Below, in pieces: positions 56,740 to 64,000 of a stretch of 64,000 nucleotides of DNA. The stretch is from positions 192,001-256,000 of IMG/VR virus record IMGVR_UViG_3300017700_000931; one strand, 5' to 3'. Each line of letters starts with the position of its first letter. The first letter of the stretch is position 1. The translations under genes and the position numbers were made by a program. Source of the DNA: a virus (Duplodnaviria > Caudoviricetes). The notes beneath the pieces were generated by a model. That model was not told the DNA's origin. It ran no database searches and was given only the letters and a program-made list of their open reading frames with translations.

Positions 56740-57039
56740 TTAAAATGTAATCTTCTCAACGCTACGAACACTCGAATCATCATCTTTTTGACATAGTCTA
56801 ACATAAGACATCACCTCGGATTGAATATGTTTTTTAGCAATATCTTCAGTTAAAAATTTCTTTGGAACTATAGCCCCAAGTTGATAATCAGTAACATCAC
56901 ACCAATAAAAAAATATCGATTTGTATTGCACGTTAAAATAAACATCACCACCAACTAATTTATATTTTAGAATTCGCCAGTTCTTTGGTAATGAGCGTTT
57001 CCTATTAATTTTTCTCTCAATTATTCCTGTCCAACTCAT
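56740..57039 (-). CDS. Hypothetical protein
   Basis: ORF. Confidence 0.5.
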   Translation of the reverse strand: MSWTGIIERKINRKRSLPKNWRILKYKLVGGDVYFNVQYKSIFFYWCDVTDYQLGAIVPKKFLTEDIAKKHIQSEVMSYVRLCQKDDDSSVRSVEKITF

Positions 57040-57259
57040 CCTTTAAATACTTTTCAAATTTAACTATCGTAGCAATCTTATGATGACTGCTATCACTCCA
57101 AACCAATGCTTTACCTTCTAATGAAATAACAATCAATTTATCATATTCCATTACATCAAAACCTAATTCACGATAAGATGTAAATTTGTCCCTAACAAAA
57201 ATATCACGTTCCTCAGATGTCATCTGATTCCAGTTAGAAACAATTTTACAATGTACCAT
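57017..57259 (-). CDS. Hypothetical protein
   Basis: ORF. Confidence 0.5.
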   Translation of the reverse strand: MVHCKIVSNWNQMTSEERDIFVRDKFTSYRELGFDVMEYDKLIVISLEGKALVWSDSSHHKIATIVKFEKYLKDELDRNN

Positions 57260-57533
57260 ATTACTAAACGTTTTTAATTCATTAGGGAAGAAGGGGGCTG
57301 GGGGATGATGGGTCGGGTTTAGCGACCTAACGCTAAAAAACGGCCTTTTTAGCCCAAAAACCCAGTTTTAGTCTACTTTCTTAAAGTTAACCTTACCGTG
57401 CTTAAAAACCCTCTCAAGTTTTGCTGTAACCGGATTAGAATCCCTTTTAGTTTTTACCTTTAGGATAATATTATCCTTACCAGTAAATCTTACTTCCTTA
57501 TTTAATGCTTCAATGAAATCCTTCATATCTTAT

Positions 57534-57905
57534 TTAATTTGCACCTATGCGCTCAATTTCTTCTGTTAAAATCTTCTTAGTCTCAATGCTAACACACTCC
57601 TCAACCTGAGCCTTCGCTTTTTCTTTTCTTAAAAAAGCAAATCTACTCTCATGAGCCCAATGTATATCCTTACCTTGAATTTGTTTTCCCCCACATGGAA
57701 CACAAACTGTATACCGATGATGAAATGGGTCTAATGTTAAACCAATATCATAACACCAAACTCGACAACAAGTGGTTTTTGTCCTATTAAGTATTTTATA
57801 TTCTTGACCAAATTTAATTGTATGCTCTCGGTCATCAATACACTTTACGATATCACCAACTTCAAATTTTGGTTTCTTACTAAATAATCTGCTTAACCAA
57901 CTCAT
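57534..57905 (-). CDS. Hypothetical Cys-containing protein
   Basis: KFEVGDIVKC start motif; promoter TTTG-N20-TATCTTTG at 57955-57924. Confidence 0.55.
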   Translation of the reverse strand: MSWLSRLFSKKPKFEVGDIVKCIDDREHTIKFGQEYKILNRTKTTCCRVWCYDIGLTLDPFHHRYTVCVPCGGKQIQGKDIHWAHESRFAFLRKEKAKAQVEECVSIETKKILTEEIERIGAN

Positions 57906-57968
57906 ACCAAATCCAATTTTTTACAAAGATACAATTTATTACCTAAGAATCCAAATATTTATAATTAA

Positions 57969-58652
57969 ATGATGAAAAATTTTATAGGATATAGACTTAA
58001 ACAATTACTTGAAGGTAGATTAGCTTCTCACTCACCTAGTAATCCTGTAGGAAAGGACCCTAAGTTATCGAGCGATAACGATATTGCCAGAACTACCCAT
58101 AAGATTATAACCCTAAATGATAAATACGGAGATGACCCATACTTCCAAAATGCCCACGAGGGTGATGGAATCTATATGGCAACCATCCATACGAATGGAA
58201 GCGTTAGCATTAAAACACCTAACACTAAAAATAGGATTTCAGATTCTGACATAGGTATGCTATCCACCGGAACGGGTGGAAATAAACACGTATTTATTAA
58301 AGCTTATCGTGGAATCGAACACCCAGAATTTAAGGATAGAAAGGGTAATGTCAGAACTTCATCACCAGCTAATGATGCTGCAATAAAAACATATCTTCTA
58401 TTCGGTAAAGATATCCTAGACTTTGTGAAACAAAACCAACATGGAGAAAATCAATATACTTCCGATGAAAAAGATTTCAAATCACAAACCCCTGATAAAT
58501 GGCAATATAAATACGCCAAGCTCGATAAGGAAAAAAATCAATCTAAAAGTAAAATCACCATGGACCCAGATAAAGCGTCTGAAATGGAATTAAAACAAAA
58601 AGAACTTCAAGATAAAATCGCTAAGCTTAAACTAAGAAGAGGTCTATCCTAA
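57969..58652 (+). CDS. Hypothetical late protein (candidate internal head protein)
   Basis: ATATTTATA at 57955, 5 nt before ATG; leader FIGYRLKQLLE. Confidence 0.6.
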   Translation: MMKNFIGYRLKQLLEGRLASHSPSNPVGKDPKLSSDNDIARTTHKIITLNDKYGDDPYFQNAHEGDGIYMATIHTNGSVSIKTPNTKNRISDSDIGMLSTGTGGNKHVFIKAYRGIEHPEFKDRKGNVRTSSPANDAAIKTYLLFGKDILDFVKQNQHGENQYTSDEKDFKSQTPDKWQYKYAKLDKEKNQSKSKITMDPDKASEMELKQKELQDKIAKLKLRRGLS

Positions 58653-59107
58653 TCTTTATCATGAACAGCTTTGTTCATTTTCTTTAAATTCGTAAGCGTC
58701 TTTGATTGAATCTCAGCTTCCAGCTCTAAAGCAATCTTATTTAACTTTCGATTGAATAATCTAGTTAAAAAAGCATCCTGTTTTTCAGTTAACGCAAATG
58801 AATCGGCATGATGACCATCCTGAATCGTTATCACCTTATAATCAATAATCACAAAGAAATTATCGTTATGAATAAACATCTTCTTTGTAATCGGTGCAAC
58901 AAATAAAATACTATCCTTTTTATTTATTAATCCAGTTGCAAGACTTATGGCCTCACGCTGCATCGCAGTCATTTGTAAATCTCTACGTTTACCAGCAATT
59001 CGCAGCTTTAATTTTTTCATCTTGAATCTCCAACCAAGCCTAATACGCTCCAATCCCAATATGAGATTAGCCAAGTCAAATCTATGGTTAAATAATATAG
59101 CCTTCAT
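58649..59107 (-). CDS. Hypothetical protein (start uncertain, possibly 59020)
   Basis: ORF. Confidence 0.5.
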   Translation of the reverse strand: MKAILFNHRFDLANLILGLERIRLGWRFKMKKLKLRIAGKRRDLQMTAMQREAISLATGLINKKDSILFVAPITKKMFIHNDNFFVIIDYKVITIQDGHHADSFALTEKQDAFLTRLFNRKLNKIALELEAEIQSKTLTNLKKMNKAVHDKD

Positions 59108-59244
59108 CTTTTAATTTGATTTTAAATTCATTGTATTTTTTCAGGCTCTTACACTCAATTAAGCTTAATAGCTTACGCAATGTTAGAGCCTCAAGTTCCT
59201 CTTTAGTGTGTTTGTATAAACCCTTAACACACTCTCGCATTTCT

Positions 59245-59682
59245 TCAATCACCATCAGTTATTACTATTAAAGTGGTTAAATTAAATTCGGTTTTTAAAC
59301 GTTCAACCCATTCCTTAGCCTCAGAAGTGTATTTAAATTCTTTTCTGATTATTTCACAACCAAGAAGATTCATTTCAACAGACGCTCGGTGAGCCCAAAA
59401 ACCATCTGAAGTTATTTCATCAGATGCATTACCATCCTTATCTAAGAATACATAACCGGATTTTTTAATATAATCAGGTTCTAATGTTAAATCCTCAAAC
59501 AAAGAATACCAACCAGCTGGAGTGTAATTTCTAATAATAGATTTTTTACCCCAGAAATTTGTTTTACTTATTTCAGCAAGTTCATTTTTCCACCCGAATT
59601 GTTTTGTCCTTTTATTTGGGAAAATTTTAATGGTTTGGATATTACCAAGATTGAAATGCGTTTCTATACCTGTTGTTTCCAT
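59245..59682 (-). CDS. Hypothetical protein
   Basis: ORF. Confidence 0.55.
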   Translation of the reverse strand: METTGIETHFNLGNIQTIKIFPNKRTKQFGWKNELAEISKTNFWGKKSIIRNYTPAGWYSLFEDLTLEPDYIKKSGYVFLDKDGNASDEITSDGFWAHRASVEMNLLGCEIIRKEFKYTSEAKEWVERLKTEFNLTTLIVITDGD

Positions 59683-59685
59683 GAT

Positions 59686-60021
59686 TTATGCTTTTAAATA
59701 CCAATCACGTTTCTTACTTAATATAAGCATAAACATCTCCTCATTGCCGATTGGGGTCTCTTCTGAGCCATGTGATTTATACTTTTCCTTATAATCACCT
59801 TGAATTATTAGTTGATACTTCTTTGTATTGTTAACCGTAAACGTAAGTAATAACGTAAATGGATTAATAAAGTTGCAACTAGGGTTAGAAATTGTCGTCA
59901 TATTGCCCTTAGCAATAAACTTGCTTCCTCGACCAATATACCAGTTGCCAATCTTAGTTAGTAGGTTACCATACCATATGGCCGTTTTACTCCCTCCGAA
60001 TTTCCTTGTGGTTTCTTCCAT
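59686..60021 (-). CDS. Hypothetical protein
   Basis: TTTG-N20-TAAATTTG promoter (60057-60026) ends 4 nt before ATG. Confidence 0.55.
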   Translation of the reverse strand: MEETTRKFGGSKTAIWYGNLLTKIGNWYIGRGSKFIAKGNMTTISNPSCNFINPFTLLLTFTVNNTKKYQLIIQGDYKEKYKSHGSEETPIGNEEMFMLILSKKRDWYLKA

Positions 60022-60073
60022 GATGCAAATTTAGACATTTAATTTGAATCTACCAAACTATTTTTAATAATAA

Positions 60074-60622
60074 TTAACAACTAGCAGACTTTATCTTTAA
60101 ACCTAATTCCTCTAAACCCTTATCATGACAGTCCCTAACACTAGCCATCCCATGCTTAGTAGCAATCTTTTGAAGTATCTTTGCATGGTAGGATTCTTCT
60201 GGCTCTATAATAGCAAACATATCCCGTAGGTCATCCGGTGTGTTTTCATCATTTATTATAACACGCATTCTACGTAAGGATAATCCTTCAGCATAGGCAC
60301 CGATGGCCGCAGCTGTTTGCATGTCACAGACGCAAGGTAATGCGTTTTTCCAGTACCTTCCATCCTTAGTTGATTTGGAATATAATTCGATTCCACGAGC
60401 ACGTAGGATATTATCAACTAATATGGCGTGATTGTGTTCTTGCTGAGCAATCTCAATGAAAATATCGTAGGCTTCTTTATCCTCTAGACAATATGTATTA
60501 GCGAAGTCTATAAAACGCTCTTCAGCATCCTTTTCATTATTATATAGGCCGACTAACCAGTGTTGCAGTTTTTCTGGATTATTTATACACTCGGTCCACC
60601 AAGCTTCAGTGATTTTATTCAT
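60074..60622 (-). CDS. Ferritin-like diiron protein
   Basis: Paired ExxH motifs QQEHNH and EESYH plus NEKDA and AEGL helices. Confidence 0.75.
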   Translation of the reverse strand: MNKITEAWWTECINNPEKLQHWLVGLYNNEKDAEERFIDFANTYCLEDKEAYDIFIEIAQQEHNHAILVDNILRARGIELYSKSTKDGRYWKNALPCVCDMQTAAAIGAYAEGLSLRRMRVIINDENTPDDLRDMFAIIEPEESYHAKILQKIATKHGMASVRDCHDKGLEELGLKIKSASC

Positions 60623-60745
60623 AGGGGTTTAAAATATTTGGCCAAAATTTTCTGGGAAATTTTTTTTTGAAATAGGCATAGGTCACTTTTTACTTCGAAA
60701 AATTTCTGGAAAAAATTTGTTTGTCACTCCATATGCCCTATTAAG

Positions 60746-60822
60746 CACCCCCACACAGGGGGGGTGTAAGAGGGTTTACGGGGGGAGGGGTACGTAGGGG
60801 GTGTTACCCACCCCTCCCCCCG
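60746..60822. repeat. GC-rich hairpins and G-tracts
   Basis: CACCCCC/GGGGGTG stem; perfect 13-bp inverted repeat CGGGGGGAGGGGT (60779-60791)/ACCCCTCCCCCCG (60810-60822). Confidence 0.85.
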
Positions 60823-60833
60823 CTAACAAAGGG

Positions 60834-61367
60834 TTAGGAGAACATCAATGTATCTCCTTTCATGGTCACCTTTGCCATGTTCGTAAGGTTGTAGTTTCGG
60901 TATTGCGTTGACTTCATCTCTTTGCGTATGTCATCTTTCGCAATGGTAAGTGGTTTTCTGGTATCTTCTTTATAGTCACCACTCACTAGCACTTCTTTTT
61001 TTACTTTCATTCCCACCACGTACAATTCGTTGGTTTCGTTGTGAATTTTTAATCCATTTGTCAGGTAAGTATAGGCATTTGTTTGACCTTCACTCATTGC
61101 TTTGCTAGGGCTAATTAGCGCACCTAACAGGGCTTTACGTGCCTCTTCTAATAATGCAGTACCCTGAGTACTTTTAATGGTTTTAACATCGAGGTTTTTA
61201 AGGTATTCAATATCCTTCAGTTTTGCATTCTCATAAGAGACACCGACGTTAATGAGTGTTTTTTGTGTTTCATTTGCTTCGTTTGTGTACACAATTGAAA
61301 CGAATGAGCAACCTGTAATGTTTTTCAGGTTTCCGAATAGTGTTGTAAGTGCTTGTAGAATTTTCAT
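60834..61367 (-). CDS. Hypothetical early-type protein
   Basis: Promoter TTTG-N20-TATATTTG at 61419-61388. Confidence 0.65.
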   Translation of the reverse strand: MKILQALTTLFGNLKNITGCSFVSIVYTNEANETQKTLINVGVSYENAKLKDIEYLKNLDVKTIKSTQGTALLEEARKALLGALISPSKAMSEGQTNAYTYLTNGLKIHNETNELYVVGMKVKKEVLVSGDYKEDTRKPLTIAKDDIRKEMKSTQYRNYNLTNMAKVTMKGDTLMFS

Positions 61368-61449
61368 ACCTTAGTTGTTTGACAATACAAATATACGAAC
61401 AAAGTTTGAATCCACCAAATAATTAATGAATTATATTTTTATAAAGTTA

Positions 61450-62085
61450 TTAACCATTCTTTCTTAATTCTTTTGCAATGGCTTTGAGTTGAATCATTTC
61501 AGTTGTATTCACAATACCATCACCAATATTAGTAGTGAACACCTCCAAGCCACCTTGGTTATTAGGGTTTGAGAATGTCCAACGGTGGTTTTTCGTTTCA
61601 ATAATATACAAGGTACTTGTCTTTGTTTTTTCCATTCGGCATCTACCAGTAATAACGTTTTTTATTCTGCTTTTATTTGGCTTTGCTTTAAACTTAGGGT
61701 TGAACCAAAATTCATTAATATAATCCTGTGTTTCTCTATCTACCATATAGGCTGTAAAGTTCCAACGAAAGTGACCTTTATGAATGGTTTCAAAACTTCT
61801 ATTCATTTGTGTAACGTGCATCCCTCTGAGTTGTACACCTCGTGTAAATCGTTCATTAGACTTCACCTTAGAGTAATCACCCCAACGCTTTATTGTGCCT
61901 TTAGAAATGCTCTTTAACATTCCTTCAATAGACGAAGGTGAACCAATGTTAAAAGCCATGTGGTTCATTTTGTCAGCTAAGGCAGAAATAACGTGCGGTT
62001 GTAATCCTGAATAGCACATTACGAATCTTTCAATTTCCTTTAAGAAATTTTGTTTGAAGTTGGTTACAATTTCTAGTGGTGTCAT
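61450..62085 (-). CDS. Hypothetical protein
   Basis: ORF. Confidence 0.55.
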   Translation of the reverse strand: MTPLEIVTNFKQNFLKEIERFVMCYSGLQPHVISALADKMNHMAFNIGSPSSIEGMLKSISKGTIKRWGDYSKVKSNERFTRGVQLRGMHVTQMNRSFETIHKGHFRWNFTAYMVDRETQDYINEFWFNPKFKAKPNKSRIKNVITGRCRMEKTKTSTLYIIETKNHRWTFSNPNNQGGLEVFTTNIGDGIVNTTEMIQLKAIAKELRKNG

Positions 62086-62091
62086 AGTGGT

Positions 62092-62511
62092 TTATTGGTT
62101 ATTTAAAAATGTGTTTAGTTCTTCTTTATTGTTTGCGTATTGGGCTTCAATCGGGTTATCGTTTGTATCCCATTCAATTCTATTTCCGTCTGAGTCAATC
62201 GGGTAAATAACCCAGAGTTTTTGTATTCTATCGTAGAAGTATTCAAAGCCTTTTTTCTGGTAGGTTTTCATTTCTTTCATGGCTATTTTTTTCAATTGTA
62301 TTTTACCCCATTTATTAGCAATATCAAAACGAACTTCTTTTTCAATATCACCAAATTGAAGTGTTAACACCTCTCCAATCCCACCAACAATTAACGCAGA
62401 GGTAATTTCTTTATTTGTTTCATTTTTAGCAACTAAAAATTTGCGACCTTCAACCTCAACAATTTTAATATTGTTATCAAGGTATTGTATTATTTTACCT
62501 TCAATTTTCAT
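62092..62511 (-). CDS. Hypothetical protein (possible internal start at 62280)
   Basis: ORF; duplicated 17-nt start context. Confidence 0.5.
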   Translation of the reverse strand: MKIEGKIIQYLDNNIKIVEVEGRKFLVAKNETNKEITSALIVGGIGEVLTLQFGDIEKEVRFDIANKWGKIQLKKIAMKEMKTYQKKGFEYFYDRIQKLWVIYPIDSDGNRIEWDTNDNPIEAQYANNKEELNTFLNNQ

Positions 62512-62513
62512 GG

Positions 62514-62672
62514 CTATTTTTTAAGTTGAATTTGTTCACGAATACATTTTGCCATTCGTTCGAGGTGGTCTGCTTTATCCTCATCGGAGCGGTTTTGTTT
62601 GTAGGTATCGAATAAGCGTTTTTCTTCTTTCTTCAATTCCTCTAGCCGGAGTGCTTTATTGTTTCCTTTCAT
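62514..62672 (-). CDS. Small charged protein (52 aa; not in ORF track)
   Basis: MKGNNKALRLEELKKEEKRLFDTYKQNRSDEDKADHLERMAKCIREQIQLKK. Confidence 0.55.
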   Translation of the reverse strand: MKGNNKALRLEELKKEEKRLFDTYKQNRSDEDKADHLERMAKCIREQIQLKK

Positions 62673-62688
62673 TTGGGTAGTTAATTTG

Positions 62689-62868
62689 TTACCAAGCCAT
62701 TACGCTATATGGGTTATAGCCTTGTGTACGTAATTCATCTCTTAGTTTAATGAATTTTTTTTCACTTACTTTAAAAACTGAGGTGTTGGTACTGGCTTCA
62801 ATGAATGTTACCTTTGGTAATATTTTTTTGAATATTGGTTCGTTTTGTTTTGCGATTAATACGTTCAT
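62689..62868 (-). CDS. Small hypothetical protein
   Basis: Start MNVLIAK at 62868, downstream of TATATTTG at 62903-62896. Confidence 0.55.
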   Translation of the reverse strand: MNVLIAKQNEPIFKKILPKVTFIEASTNTSVFKVSEKKFIKLRDELRTQGYNPYSVMAW

Positions 62869-62949
62869 GTGGTTTAGTTTATTAGTTTGACAGGACAAAT
62901 ATAAAACAATATTTGATATAAACCTAATTTTTTATGAATTATTTTTGAA

Positions 62950-63004
62950 TAAAAAAAGAAAAGTCCCTAGTGTAGTTTTGGTTAGCTACGATACTAGGGA
63001 CTTT
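62950..63004 (-). terminator. Long terminator hairpin
   Basis: AAAGTCCCTAGT..ACTAGGGACTTT 12-bp stem with inner GTAG/CTAC; T-rich tail on minus strand. Confidence 0.75.
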
Positions 63005-63252
63005 ATAACCAATAAACATGAAGTAACCAGCTGCATGTATCTTTTTGCGTTGTTACGCAAATGGGAGGGGACACAAATGATAAACTACATACGTCTCATC
63101 TATCAATTGTTAATAAGTTCCGTTGTCGTACTAACAACTTCTTTATTAAGTCCCCATGTATCTTAAAACACTATCAAAGTCCCATAATTAATGACCTTTG
63201 GGTATTAGTAGACGGAACGGTCATGCGCCCTACTTTGGTAATGTTAATTTAG

Positions 63253-63323
63253 CGCACGAGGTGGGACTCGAACCCACAACTATCCGTTGAAAAGACGGTG
63301 CTTTACCAGTTAAGCTACTGTGC
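63253..63323 (-). tRNA. Degenerate tRNA (Lys UUU-like anticodon; pseudo-tRNA)
   Basis: D arm GCTT-AACTGGTA-AAGC, T arm GTGGG-TTCGAGT-CCCAC; acceptor GCAC-AG/CTCGTGC lacks one nt; anticodon stem only 4 bp CCGT/ACGG with loop CTTTTCA; no CCA. Confidence 0.7.
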
Positions 63324-63627
63324 TGGGGTTTCCCCCATTTTAGGTGTGCACACCTACTAAGGCCGTACCTTGCCTTAGTGCTACGTTTGGTCAGACGGCC
63401 ATCCAACCTAAAGGGGTGTTTGCTTGCCCACTTTTGCTATTCGGCAACCTCTGTCAACCGCCTTGTTGGGAGGTTGTACACATTATGCCGATACTAGCTT
63501 CTTTCAACCGCTTGGTACACACCGGAGCGAACTCCGAAAACCTAAGCGGTTATCATATCTATTGTTGTCACTTTATCGGGTTTGCTGGTCTTGGTAGGAC
63601 AACTCACCTTAACACCCAACTGAGGAA

Positions 63628-63659
63628 CAAAGATAAAACAAATATTTCATTCCACCAAA
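63628..63659 (-). promoter_or_regulatory. Bacteroidota-type promoter driving the ncRNA
   Basis: TTTGGTGGAAT..N20 spacer..TATCTTTG. Confidence 0.7.
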
Positions 63660-63665
63660 TTATTT

Positions 63666-63857
63666 TTAATCTTTTTTAAAAATAATGAAGAACATATTTA
63701 CAAACGCCCCAACAATTCCACCAATCAACGGAATTAAAAAATTCCAGTTTGCTGGGTCATGGTTAATAATGTAATCTGCACCCTCAACAATTCCCCAAAT
63801 TGCACCTGAAATATATGCAATTGCACAAAGGAAGTGAATCAAAATGTTCATAGCCAT
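63666..63857 (-). CDS. Small two-TM membrane protein
   Basis: Two hydrophobic helices. Confidence 0.6.
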   Translation of the reverse strand: MAMNILIHFLCAIAYISGAIWGIVEGADYIINHDPANWNFLIPLIGGIVGAFVNMFFIIFKKD

Positions 63858-63882
63858 ACGGTTACTTTTTTATGTTTTGATG

Positions 63883-63965
63883 ATAACATTAGGTAGTGAC
63901 CTCGTGCCGTTGATAAGAATTACGCTTTCGCCACCTCAACGTGTGTATCCTCTACCTAGTGTTAT
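63883..63965 (-). ncRNA. Candidate structured 5'-leader RNA
   Basis: Closing stem ATAACACTAGGTAG/CTACCTAATGTTAT (13 of 14 paired), inner CGTTGA/TCAACG stem, GC-GAAA-GC loop. Confidence 0.45.
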
Positions 63966-64000
63966 TGTTTTAGATTACTTTTTCATAACGGGGCGTGTTT

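Larger units (their letters stand above)
62950..63623 (-). ncRNA. Large structured non-coding RNA candidate with embedded tRNA-like element (GOLLD-like)
   Basis: Promoter 63659-63628, terminator 62950-63004, no credible minus-strand ORF, elevated GC, dense hairpins with GAAA/UUCG loops. Confidence 0.6.

Noticed and set aside
57462-57477. 16-bp perfect palindrome AGGATAATATTATCCT
   Set aside because: AT-rich, single copy and inside a small ORF; plausible by chance in 64 kb
62945-63679. Plus-strand ORFs 62945..63166, 63061..63252 and 63344..63679
   Set aside because: Antisense to a promoter/terminator-bounded structured RNA and tRNA; no start context or recognisable motifs; treated as shadow ORFs
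1-64000. CRISPR array, integrase or transposase
   Set aside because: No regularly spaced direct repeats and no recombinase or transposase motifs seen
1-64000. Stop-codon reassignment (as in some Bacteroidota phages)
   Set aside because: Core genes (terminase, portal, capsid, ClpC, ThyA) are full-length under the standard code, TAG is used as a stop, and no suppressor tRNA is seen

Overview
AT-rich (roughly 30% GC by eye) segment of a large T4-like tailed phage genome (Caudoviricetes, probably myovirus-like) that most likely infects a Bacteroidota host. The host call rests on about a dozen TTTG/TTG-N19-20-TAnnTTTG promoters and A-rich, Shine-Dalgarno-free start regions. Layout: (1) 1-11.9 kb, a sugar-nucleotide/glycosylation cluster plus Pth2 and PhoH; (2) 11.9-17.6 kb, a gp55-like late sigma factor and virion/baseplate genes; (3) 20.7-35.7 kb, minus-strand head module (major capsid, scaffold, prohead protease, portal, terminase large subunit, core proteins); (4) 36-60.6 kb, accessory genes (ThyA, KTSC, ClpC, SLT, ABC-ATPase/GNAT, YkuK RNase H-like, LRR protein, thioredoxin, HNH, NTase, M50 protease, TerC, CAP, ferritin-like); (5) 60.6-64 kb, a GC-rich hairpin/G-tract junction, early-type genes and an ~670-nt structured non-coding transcript with an embedded degenerate tRNA (GOLLD-like candidate). 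Other notable signals are two candidate programmed -1 frameshifts, an unannotated 35-aa metallothionein-like gene, a late-promoter motif ATATTTAT, a set of late genes with [LI]-x-E leader peptides (candidate injected head proteins), a 37-bp sequence shared by two head genes, and phased A-tract arrays. All family assignments come from motif recognition by eye; no database search was run.
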